A stretch of 64,000 bases of DNA. Origin: Candidatus Poribacteria bacterium. Lineage in GTDB: Bacteria; Poribacteria; WGA-4E; WGA-3G. The stretch is from assembly GCA_963665235.2 (NCBI GenBank), contig CAXXLX010000001.1, positions 1,888,001-1,952,000 of the forward strand, read 5' to 3'. Shown here one piece after another: positions 39,970-48,586 of the stretch (positions within the stretch are counted from its first letter, which is position 1; each line of letters begins with the position of its first letter). Both the position numbers and the translations under genes were made by a program. The notes beneath the pieces were generated by a model. It saw only the letters and a program-made list of their open reading frames with translations. It had not been told where the DNA came from and ran no database searches.

Positions 39970-42399
39970 TTAAAACGTGCGGGACCACTTAAAATTAGCC
40001 TGATATCCGCGTTCTTTCTCAAGAGCCCTTGCGAAGTTCAATCTGAAGATGCCAAGTTGGAAGCCGATGCCGAGGTTAACCTTCGGATAAACAGACTTTA
40101 TATCTTCCAAGTTTTCCCAGGCTTGCCCTATGCCCCAGGTTTGTCCTATGTCCACGAAAGGCACAATGAAAAAGTCGTTTGTTACACTATGCAGGTACTC
40201 CAAATTGAAGAGAAATCCGTTGTTTCCCACAAATTCGTAAAGTGAGTATCCGCGTAACGTTCCGGTGCCGCCAAGAACAAATTGTCGTTGATAAGGCAGC
40301 GGTGTAGTTGAAAGTCCGACCTTTAAACGTGTATCAAGGTAATTTTCTCCGATAGGGTGGTAGTTCCGCAGATGTACCACAAAACGCGTAAAATCATAGT
40401 CCGAACCGATATCAGAATTGGCGTGTTCGACAAGAAAAGTGTTATACCACTCGTTTTTATTTCCTCGGTTGTTAGGATGGTATCTGACAGCGGTATTTTC
40501 TCTTGTGTCAAAATCGTATTTTAGAGTGAAACTATGCATTCTTCCATCGTCTATTGGAAAATTTTGCTGTCCACTAGAAATCCAGTTTACAGCGGTATAA
40601 TCGGTAGGATTTCCTACGCTTTCATGTCCTTCCAAAAGCAGAGATAGTCCGAGTGTGTGCTTTAGGGATGCATGCTGCCATTGAAGTGACATCACACCGC
40701 CCTGCCTGACATAGTAGTTTTGAAAATCGTTCATAAAGAAAGCTCTCACGAACTGCTCGCTCTCGGTTAGCAAGATATCCCTATCTCTTACAGATGTCAT
40801 TCGATGGATTTGCGCTGCATAAGTCAGATTTGATTTATCACCGAATGACACTCCGCCACCAAGTCGGTAATTAGGCACGTTTCCCTGAGAAAAACTCATA
40901 GAACCGTATACGAAGGGGTTGAGTGTCAGGCGGGAGCCCATTCCGAAATCGTTTTCAGTTATGTCTCTATTTCGTCGAATCGTTTCGCCAGAGCTATGAA
41001 AAAAGAACGGATCGGCGTGCCACTGTTTTCCGAGTTCAACCCCACCACCGAGACGTAGTCCATCAACAGGATTCAAATCGCTGGTAATTGCAAATTTAGC
41101 GATTTTGTTGCCCTTAGAGGGCATTTCGAAGGCATCTATCATTCCTTGCATGTTAGACAATTTTGATGGGGGCAAAACCCGCAGCCAATTGCCATCGTTG
41201 CTGTATAACTTCTCCGCCCCGATATTTGACCAATAGGAATGTTCACCTGTGCGTTGCTGTTTCCTGTCAAAATTAATACCCATGTGAGTCGGTTCGGTCG
41301 TTTTTGGGTAATCCAGGAGTTGCCATGGAATTTCCATCTCTACCACCCATCCATCAGAGACGATGTCAGCAGCGACCTTCCACCGTTTAGTCCATTCAGG
41401 TTTTTTCGAGCGTCCCGGTGGGACCTGAATATATTTCTTACCCGATGGGTTTACCATAAACCTAATACGATGTGAAGGTTGATGTGTGTGAAACGGGTCA
41501 ATGCTAAAACAGACCGTATCCTCATTAGCAAAACGGAGCTGGTCTTTGGTTTGGCGTGCCACGATTTTATCGGGTTGGGAATCGTAGAGGTGCCATGCGA
41601 CGTAGATAGATTTGTCGGTATAAACAAGTTTTACGACTGTCTGATCTTGGACCGGTTTTTCAGTGGTGGCATGTGTGAATTGGATGGCTTGTGGTGCAGT
41701 TTTCCAACATTTATCATCAAGCTTTCCATCAATTTTTGGCGGTTTATCCGTTTTCACAGCCAACATCTCTTTTTGAGAGGTTTTCCTGTCTGGGTTTGCG
41801 TCTGTGCCTACTTTCAATTCCACTTTTGTTTTCAATGTGTCTCCGAGGTCGATATTGTCCATACCGAAATTACTTAAGTTTCCAAGCAATTCGCTAATGC
41901 GTTCCGGTGCGATTTCGCCGACAATGTTAACAAAGGTGACCTCCGCAGGTTTAGGGGACATCACGATGGCAAAGATACCGTAGGCGACATCTTCATCAAA
42001 AAGCAAGCTGATTTCAACTATCTCCGCCTTCTCCTTAATTTTGACGAGGATCTCCCAGTCATCTTGCTGCAATTTCTCTTGGTAATATTCAACCAATTTC
42101 AGCTCATCAACGGTAACGCTATCGTAGGTACGGACATAGATACCGTTAAGCATCTGTATCAACTCTGCCACGTCTGGGGTCGCGCTCAAAGATTTTGTAA
42201 CCAGGTTGATGAGTTTATCTGTTAAGTTGACTTCAACCCTCGCTTCGGGGGCATTCGGAAAATCGAATTGGACGAGTCCTTTTTTTTCCGTTTTATCTGA
42301 ACCTTTTTCTTCCGCTATTGCCTCATTGAGCGGCCCTGTAAACCATACCGCTAACAAAAACGCTAAGAACAATAGGGTAAGGTGTCTTTGGGGTTTCAT
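39970..42399 (-). CDS. Secreted chimeric protein: DUF4252-like + CBM9-like + BamA/TamA-like barrel segment
   Basis: Signal peptide; VEVNL...FVNIVGEI; PPKIDGKLDD..W, GWVVEMEIPW; LGGTGTLRGY, FVDIG; terminal Phe. Confidence 0.65.
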   Translation of the reverse strand: MKPQRHLTLLFLAFLLAVWFTGPLNEAIAEEKGSDKTEKKGLVQFDFPNAPEARVEVNLTDKLINLVTKSLSATPDVAELIQMLNGIYVRTYDSVTVDELKLVEYYQEKLQQDDWEILVKIKEKAEIVEISLLFDEDVAYGIFAIVMSPKPAEVTFVNIVGEIAPERISELLGNLSNFGMDNIDLGDTLKTKVELKVGTDANPDRKTSQKEMLAVKTDKPPKIDGKLDDKCWKTAPQAIQFTHATTEKPVQDQTVVKLVYTDKSIYVAWHLYDSQPDKIVARQTKDQLRFANEDTVCFSIDPFHTHQPSHRIRFMVNPSGKKYIQVPPGRSKKPEWTKRWKVAADIVSDGWVVEMEIPWQLLDYPKTTEPTHMGINFDRKQQRTGEHSYWSNIGAEKLYSNDGNWLRVLPPSKLSNMQGMIDAFEMPSKGNKIAKFAITSDLNPVDGLRLGGGVELGKQWHADPFFFHSSGETIRRNRDITENDFGMGSRLTLNPFVYGSMSFSQGNVPNYRLGGGVSFGDKSNLTYAAQIHRMTSVRDRDILLTESEQFVRAFFMNDFQNYYVRQGGVMSLQWQHASLKHTLGLSLLLEGHESVGNPTDYTAVNWISSGQQNFPIDDGRMHSFTLKYDFDTRENTAVRYHPNNRGNKNEWYNTFLVEHANSDIGSDYDFTRFVVHLRNYHPIGENYLDTRLKVGLSTTPLPYQRQFVLGGTGTLRGYSLYEFVGNNGFLFNLEYLHSVTNDFFIVPFVDIGQTWGIGQAWENLEDIKSVYPKVNLGIGFQLGIFRLNFARALEKERGYQANFKWSRTF

Positions 42400-42411
42400 C
42401 TGTCAGCCTCC

Positions 42412-42900
42412 TTATTTTTTGTCTATCAATATTCGGCCTGTGAGTCCAGCGTTGAATTGTCCGAAGGCGACTCCGTAAGAGAGGGAGTAGGCGTTTGCGC
42501 TGTAATTAGATTTACCGCCGTATTCGCCTTTTGCATCGTATAATTCGTAATCACTGACACCGAAATTCGTTGCAGCGATTCCGATGGAGCCATAAGTGCC
42601 GAGCATTTTGGTGAGTGCAATGAACGTATGGCTTCTATCTAAGGAAAGCCGCTGTGTGGAAATATTAAGATTAAGGTCGGATGATGAACCGAGGCCGGCT
42701 GGGTTCCAGACGGTGGCGGTAGCATCTTCCGCGATTGCTGTGAAAGCACCGCCTAAGCCAATTGAGCGGGCCCCTGCGCCGAGCCGTAAATGGGGCATAG
42801 CGTTAACTTCCCCTTCGGCAAAATAGACAGGCGCCACAGCTAGGATAAGAAGTAAAACGGGTATTACACCGCATAGCAATTTTTGCTTTGTGATAGACAT
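42412..42900 (-). CDS. PorV/PorQ (UPF0164)-like protein, C-terminally truncated
   Basis: GAGARSIGLGGAFTAIAEDATATVWNPAGL; only 162 aa. Confidence 0.7.
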   Translation of the reverse strand: MSITKQKLLCGVIPVLLLILAVAPVYFAEGEVNAMPHLRLGAGARSIGLGGAFTAIAEDATATVWNPAGLGSSSDLNLNISTQRLSLDRSHTFIALTKMLGTYGSIGIAATNFGVSDYELYDAKGEYGGKSNYSANAYSLSYGVAFGQFNAGLTGRILIDKK

Positions 42901-42975
42901 TTATATTCTCCTTCGTAGACGCGCTATCGGGGGTTGGACGTGATGTCCAGCCCCGATTTGCGGTCTATCGTTTAC

Positions 42976-43845
42976 TTAGCGCGTCAGAGCGAGCTTAAGA
43001 ATAGCGGTCTCTGGTTCGAAGCCATCGGCTACCGTAATCCGGCAGAAATAGATGCCTTGTGCCAGGTCTTCGCCACCGCTTGTTTTTCCATCCCAACCGA
43101 TTGCATCTGAACCGTCAGGCTTGTGGGTATACTCGCCTGCATCCCAGACTTCGTTATCTACAAGCACGCGGACAGGCCGTAACGTTGCGTCATAAATGAC
43201 AATCGTAACGGTTGACTGCCGTGCAAGCGTGAAGGAAATCCGAGTGTTGTCCTTGAACGGGTTGGGGTAGTTAATGGGAAGTGCTGCCAATATCGGTCCG
43301 TCCTTGACTTCAACTTCGTAGACAGCTTTAAGGTTTTTCCAGAACTGTGAGTCGGATTCCATCAGTTTTCCGAAAAGCGTTCCGAGTTTTTGGAAATCAA
43401 GCTTTCCGAAAATGTTCACGAAACTCGTGTTGTTTTTGTCGGTGAAGGAGATAAAAATGCCGTGTACTATCCCCGGTTCATCGGCAAAAAGCAGACTTAC
43501 GCGGAGTTTATCTTTAACCCGAATTATGTCTTCCCACTTTTCTGTTTTGAGGATGTTCTGATAGTGATGTGTCATCTCAGTTAGGTTTTCAGACTCTTTA
43601 GCATAACCCTGGATGAAGACACCGTCTATCATCTCCGCGTACTCCGCGTATTCAGGTAGATTTACCGTGAAATTGATAAAGAGCTTGAAAAATTTTTTGT
43701 CTAAATTGACTTCAACTGTAGGTGTTGGCGTGTTCGGCAAGTTCATCTCTATTTTGCCGCGAATTATTTCGGTTTCCGCTGTTCCGTTACAAAAAATGCA
43801 GAAGCAGAAAGCGAATAGGAGAGGTATAAGTCTAAACCGTTTCAT
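42976..43845 (-). CDS. DUF4252-like domain fused to FlgD Ig-like (T9SS CTD-like) domain
   Basis: Signal peptide; VEVNL...FVNIFGKLD; NYPNPF, VIYD, WDGK..G..LAQGIYF. Confidence 0.7.
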   Translation of the reverse strand: MKRFRLIPLLFAFCFCIFCNGTAETEIIRGKIEMNLPNTPTPTVEVNLDKKFFKLFINFTVNLPEYAEYAEMIDGVFIQGYAKESENLTEMTHHYQNILKTEKWEDIIRVKDKLRVSLLFADEPGIVHGIFISFTDKNNTSFVNIFGKLDFQKLGTLFGKLMESDSQFWKNLKAVYEVEVKDGPILAALPINYPNPFKDNTRISFTLARQSTVTIVIYDATLRPVRVLVDNEVWDAGEYTHKPDGSDAIGWDGKTSGGEDLAQGIYFCRITVADGFEPETAILKLALTR

Positions 43846-44504
43846 TGTGGATTTCCTCCTTGGTTGTTAGGTGTGACTGTATCCAAATTTTGAGAATGTT
43901 TCGCATCCGGCCCATCCCCGGTGAGGTTGTTAAGGATGCCGAGGCTCCTGTGAATCGCCGATGAAATATTTGCTGTCGGTTTTAAAGCGCGGCGAGGTGC
44001 CTCATCAATTTTGAGAGTGGCAAACCTATCATTGACAACAACGCCTGTTCTTTGAACCGCGTAATGCATCTTACTCATCGCATAGTTCCAATTGCTTTTT
44101 GCCTGTTCAATCGTAGCTTGTTGTTGATGCCGATGGATGCCGAACATGATTATTCCGACAAGACACACTAGGACACTTACGCGAAGAAGGGGTGAATGCA
44201 AGATATCCCAGAATGTGGATATAGGAAAAAACCGATGTATCCAGCTTCTACCGTGCGGGTACGTTTGAACGTAGGCGGCAACTTCGCTAAAGATATCCGG
44301 TGGGGCTATCGGTTTAGGCAGCTCCGTTAGTGCCTCATCGATAGCTTGTGCCAGTCCGAATTCATACTGGCACTGCTCACATGTTGCAAGATGGGTCGCC
44401 ATCAATGAATCGGTGGCAGTGTCCAGTTCTCCTGCCAGATATTCCTCTAGGGAGGCTTGGCATTCTTTGCAAGATATGGGATGTGCCGGTGTATTCTGTT
44501 TCAT
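43842..44504 (-). CDS. Zinc-finger (zf-HC2) membrane anti-sigma factor
   Basis: C...L..YL.GEL...HLATCEQC, one TM. Confidence 0.88.
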   Translation of the reverse strand: MKQNTPAHPISCKECQASLEEYLAGELDTATDSLMATHLATCEQCQYEFGLAQAIDEALTELPKPIAPPDIFSEVAAYVQTYPHGRSWIHRFFPISTFWDILHSPLLRVSVLVCLVGIIMFGIHRHQQQATIEQAKSNWNYAMSKMHYAVQRTGVVVNDRFATLKIDEAPRRALKPTANISSAIHRSLGILNNLTGDGPDAKHSQNLDTVTPNNQGGNPQ

Positions 44505-44507
44505 CGG

Positions 44508-45035
44508 TTATTTCTCCAATAGGCGGCTCAGTATTTGCCGCAATTTTTTTCGAGCACGGAATACTGTAGATTTCACAGTCCCCTCGGGTTGCCCCAGGAC
44601 CTCCGCAATCTCTTTAAAACTCATTTCGTCCAATTCCCGCATAATCACTACGGCTCGCGTAGCTGGGGGTAATTCATCAATTGCGCGATGGACCAGCTCC
44701 TTGAGCTCCTGTTTAGCGAGAATCTCATCCGGGGATGGGTTCGCCTGATGCGAATGTGTATGCAGGAGCATCTCAAGCGTTTCACCATTTTCTTCATCGA
44801 GATGTACCTGAAATTTGCGTCGCCTCAGTTGGTTAAAACAGAGATTCTGCACGCATTTCAGCAACCATGAGTGGACAGTTTCCTGTCTTAGTTTCGCTCG
44901 ATGTTCCCATGCCTTCATAAAGGTTTCTTGTGTCATATCCTTAGCATCCTCCGGATTTTTGAGCAGGTACAGCGCATGCCGATAAATTCGTGTCTGATGC
45001 TTCTGGACCAGTTCAAGGAATTCATCTTCTGTCAT
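44508..45035 (-). CDS. ECF RNA polymerase sigma factor
   Basis: DAKDMTQETFMKAW, SFKEIAEVLG.PEGTVKS...RAR. Confidence 0.95.
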   Translation of the reverse strand: MTEDEFLELVQKHQTRIYRHALYLLKNPEDAKDMTQETFMKAWEHRAKLRQETVHSWLLKCVQNLCFNQLRRRKFQVHLDEENGETLEMLLHTHSHQANPSPDEILAKQELKELVHRAIDELPPATRAVVIMRELDEMSFKEIAEVLGQPEGTVKSTVFRARKKLRQILSRLLEK

Positions 45036-45183
45036 ATTGCAACTCCATGCACTTTAGGGTTAACGCTACTACAAATAAGTTGCAAAAAAGTTGCACTTTT
45101 TTTATTTTTTTTGAAAATTGTGGAAATAAAAGAGGGTAACGGATGGATTTGACGCACACGTCCGGATGAAATCAAGGAAGACA

Positions 45184-45209
45184 GAGACAGGCTCAGTCGA
45201 GCCTGTCTC
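45184..45209 (-). terminator. Hairpin closing the nuo / tandem-array transcript
   Basis: GAGACAGGCTC-AGTC-GAGCCTGTCTC perfect stem. Confidence 0.7.
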
Positions 45210-45243
45210 CATCTAAGCGGGGGTTGTGAGAAGTCTTTAGCTC

Positions 45244-45435
45244 TCAGGCTTCCTCACTCGAATTTCGCTTGTATTCTTGCAATTCTTGTGTGATACGTTC
45301 TATTTCAGCTTCCGCTTTTTCTGCGCGCTGTTCTGCTTTTTCTGCGCGCTGTCTTTCTTCTTCAACGCGCTGTTCTGCTTTTTCTGCGCGCTGTCTTTCC
45401 CGTTCTGCGCGTTTTTTTGCTTGTAAATAATACAT
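45244..45435 (-). CDS. Stand-alone heptad coiled-coil tail peptide (array copy D)
   Basis: GGAG RBS then ATG: MYYLQAKKRAERERQRAEKAEQRV...SSEEA. Confidence 0.5.
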   Translation of the reverse strand: MYYLQAKKRAERERQRAEKAEQRVEEERQRAEKAEQRAEKAEAEIERITQELQEYKRNSSEEA

Positions 45436-45546
45436 GAGACGCTCCAATACTTTACAAAAAGCGATAATTAGCACTGTGAAAACGAATATGAAGTCCGGCT
45501 ACCAAGATAGAACGATACAGCGGGGGTTGTGAGAAACCTTTGGCTC

Positions 45547-46047
45547 TCAGGTTTCCGCACTCGAATTTCGCTTGTATTCTCGTGTGATACGTTCTATTTC
45601 AGCTTCGGCTTTTTCTGCGCGCTGTCTTTCCCGTTCTGCGCGCTGTTCGGCTTTTTCTGCGCGCTGTCTTTCCTGTTCTGCGCGCTGTCTTTCCTGTTCT
45701 GCGCGCTGTTCGGCTTGTTTTGCCCGTTTTTTTGCTTGTAAATAATACATGAGACGCTCCAATACTTTACAAAAAGCGATAATTAGCACTGTGAAAACAA
45801 AAAGGAAAGCGGAAAGGTGTGTCAGGATAGATTTCGCAATCGCCTGCGCCGTGGGGTTCGCCTTTCCACCTTCACTTACTTCACCAATTATAACCCAAGA
45901 AGCATATCCAATCAAGACTACTATAAAAATGTAAAACGCCGGATTTAACCATTTCTTCGGTATTCCACCAGGAAATGCGACGTATTCGTCCTCTTCCTCT
46001 ATATGTGGGTCCGAGGCGTGAACAGGTTTCTCGAGGTCGTTATCCAT
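45547..46047 (-). CDS. Hypothetical 2-TM protein with EQERQRA/EKAEQRA heptad tail (array copy C, intact)
   Basis: Two hydrophobic segments, internal GGAG-N6-ATG at 45750, charged 7-aa repeats. Confidence 0.8.
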   Translation of the reverse strand: MDNDLEKPVHASDPHIEEEDEYVAFPGGIPKKWLNPAFYIFIVVLIGYASWVIIGEVSEGGKANPTAQAIAKSILTHLSAFLFVFTVLIIAFCKVLERLMYYLQAKKRAKQAEQRAEQERQRAEQERQRAEKAEQRAERERQRAEKAEAEIERITREYKRNSSAET

Positions 46048-46194
46048 GAAAGTTTCCTATTGTAACCCTGAGTTTTGTGCTAGCTCTAACGTGAATGATG
46101 GTAAAACACCAATGAGCAACACGCCAATTGCAGCGAGAATTAATCCGGCTACTAAGATAGAACGATACAGCGGGGGTTGTGAGAAGTTTAGCCC

Positions 46195-46418
46195 TCAGGT
46201 TTCCTCACTCGAATTTCGCTTGTATTCTCGTGTGATACGTTCTATCTCAGCTTCTGCTTTTTTGCGCGCTGTCTTTCCTGTTCAACGCGCTGTTCTGCTT
46301 GTTCAGCACGCTGTTTTTCCTGTTCAACGCGCTGTTCCGCTTTTTCTGCACGCTGTCTTTCCCGTTCTGCGCGCTGTCTTTCCCGTTCTGCGCGTTTTTT
46401 TGCTTGTAAATAATACAT
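46195..46418 (-). pseudogene. Tail-only copy B; 1-bp deletion near 46260 (possibly an error)
   Basis: MYYLQAKKRAERERQRA...; frame shifts before AEAEIERITREYKRNSSEET. Confidence 0.6.
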
Positions 46419-46544
46419 GAGACGCTCCAATACTTTACAAAAATGATGGTAAAACACCAATGAGCAACACGCCACTTGCAGCGAGAATTAATCCAGCTAC
46501 CAAGATAGAACGATACAGCGGGGGTTGTGAGAAGTCTTTAGCTC

Positions 46545-47046
46545 TCAGGCTTCCTCACTCGAATTTCGCTTGTATTCTTGTTTGATACGTTCTAGTTCAG
46601 CTTCGGCTTTTTCTGCGCGCTGTTCGGCTTTTTCAATGCGCTGTTCGGCTTTTTCTGCGCGCTGTTCGGCTTTTTCTGCGCGCTGTTCGGCTTGTTCTGC
46701 CGTTTTTTTGCTTGTAAATAATACATGAGACGCTCCAATACTTTACAAAAAGCGATAATTAGCACTGTGAAAACGAATAGGAAAGAGGAAAGGTGTGTCA
46801 GGATAGATTTCGCAATCGCCTGCGCCGTGGGGTTCGCCTTTCCACCTTCACTTACTTCACCAATTATAACCCACTTACTTCACCAATTATAACCCAAGAA
46901 GCATATCCAATCAAGACTACTATAAAAATGTAAAACGCCGGATTTAACCATTTCTTCGGTATTCCACCAGGAAATGCAACATATTCGTCCGCTTCCTCTA
47001 TAGATGGGTCCGAGGCGTGAACAGGTTTCTCGAGGCCGTTATCCAT
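46545..47046 (-). pseudogene. Full-length copy A, frameshifted
   Basis: 23-bp tandem duplication CACTTACTTCACCAATTATAACC (46849-46894) and a 1-bp deletion near 46700. Confidence 0.75.
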
Positions 47047-47056
47047 GAAAGTTTTC

Positions 47057-48493
47057 CTATTGTAACCCTGAGTTTTGTGCTAGCTCTAACGTGAATGATG
47101 GTAAAACACCAATGAGCAACACGCCAATTGCAGCGAGAATTAACCCGGCTACTAAGGTTGATGGATATGGACTTAGCTCCAGCTCCTCCTCCGGTTCACG
47201 CATATACATCGTTACAACAACACGCAGGTAGTAAAACGCTGAAATCGCGGTATTGATAGCACCAACAATCACAAGTAGGTAGAGTTCTGACCCAATTGCC
47301 GCTTTGAAAATGTAGAATTTTCCGACAAATCCGGCTGTGGGCGGAAAACCTGCAAGAGATAGAAGCATCAGGGTCATAAACAGCCCGAGTAAAGGCTTGC
47401 GGAACCCAAGCCCTGCGTAATCCGAAATTGTTAAATTTTCACCATCGGCAGTTTTCGCCAAAATAACGGCACCAAACGCGCCAATGTTCATGACACAGTA
47501 GACAAGTAGGTAAAGCATTGCACTAGCCGTACCCTCCTCACTCACTGCTGCTAATCCTATTAGCACGTAACCCGCATGCGCTATACTTGAATAGGCGAGC
47601 ATCCGTTTGATGTTAGTTTGTGCAATGGCGATGATATTTCCGATGGTCATTGTCAGCATTGCCAAGAGAATGATAACACCACTCCATTCAGTTTGTATAG
47701 CAGGTAACGCCTCCATGAAAATTCGTAGAAACGCTGCGAATCCTGCTGCTTTCGGGCCTGCCGAGATAAACGCGGCAATCGTAGTCGGCGCGCCTTCGTA
47801 AACGTCTGGGGCCCACTGATGAAACGGCACAATGGCGACCTTGAAGCCAAACCCGACGATTAGCAGAAACATGCCCGCTAAAAGCATGAACGATTGACTC
47901 TCGGCTGTGAGCTGCGCTGCAATAGCCGGAATACTCGTTGTCCCTGTGGCACCGTAAATTAAGGCAATGCCGTATAGGAAAAACGCACTCGCGAACGCAC
48001 CAAGCAACAGATATTTCATCCCCGCCTCACTTGAAACAGGATTTGAACGGAAATACCCCGCTAACACATATAGCGATAACGACATCAACTCCAGGCCGAG
48101 GAACACGACAATCAGTTCGTTGCCCGCAGCCATCAACATCATGCCGAGCGTTGCAAGTAAGATAAGTAGGTAATACGGCCCCTGCTTTCTATCGTCTTTT
48201 CCTAAGTAATTAATCGAAAGCAACGCAACCAAAATTGTTGAAACGAGGAAGATAATGTTGAAAAAGAGCGAGAAACTATCTACCTTAAACATTTGGTTGA
48301 ATAGGGTTACATCCGTCCCCTCTTGTAGTATCTGCTGAATTGAGACCCATAGGGCAATCCCCGCGCCAACGATTGTCATCCACCCAAGCACCTTCTTTGA
48401 GATGGAATCAAACATGTCAAAGACAAGGACGATCAGCAACGTTGAAACGATGAGAAGTTGGGGCATCAGCATTGACCAATCAATTGCTGGCAT
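47057..48493 (-). CDS. nuoN: NADH-quinone oxidoreductase subunit N
   Basis: EAGMKY, GFKVAIVPFHQWAPDVYEGAPT, IKRMLAYSSIAH. Confidence 0.96.
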   Translation of the reverse strand: MPAIDWSMLMPQLLIVSTLLIVLVFDMFDSISKKVLGWMTIVGAGIALWVSIQQILQEGTDVTLFNQMFKVDSFSLFFNIIFLVSTILVALLSINYLGKDDRKQGPYYLLILLATLGMMLMAAGNELIVVFLGLELMSLSLYVLAGYFRSNPVSSEAGMKYLLLGAFASAFFLYGIALIYGATGTTSIPAIAAQLTAESQSFMLLAGMFLLIVGFGFKVAIVPFHQWAPDVYEGAPTTIAAFISAGPKAAGFAAFLRIFMEALPAIQTEWSGVIILLAMLTMTIGNIIAIAQTNIKRMLAYSSIAHAGYVLIGLAAVSEEGTASAMLYLLVYCVMNIGAFGAVILAKTADGENLTISDYAGLGFRKPLLGLFMTLMLLSLAGFPPTAGFVGKFYIFKAAIGSELYLLVIVGAINTAISAFYYLRVVVTMYMREPEEELELSPYPSTLVAGLILAAIGVLLIGVLPSFTLELAQNSGLQ

Positions 48494-48586
48494 TCAAAAC
48501 CTCCGTTTTTAAACTCCGATTTAACAAAACGTTGTAGCATTACGTTTTAAATAAATATTCTTCCTTTTATAGGATATGCTCTTCTA

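Larger units (their letters stand above)
45216..47156 (-). repeat. Four-unit tandem array (nuoN 3' fragment + 2-TM/heptad-tail gene or its tail)
   Basis: Junction GATAGAACGATACAGCGGGGGTTGTGAGAA at ~45506, ~46157 and ~46504; nuoN 3' end duplicated at 46057-46156 and 46443-46503; 21-bp internal repeats. Confidence 0.92.

Noticed and set aside
45216-47156. CRISPR array, DGR TR/VR pair or prophage att site
   Set aside because: Units are gene-derived; differences are module rearrangements and are not adenine-specific; no cas, RT or integrase gene nearby
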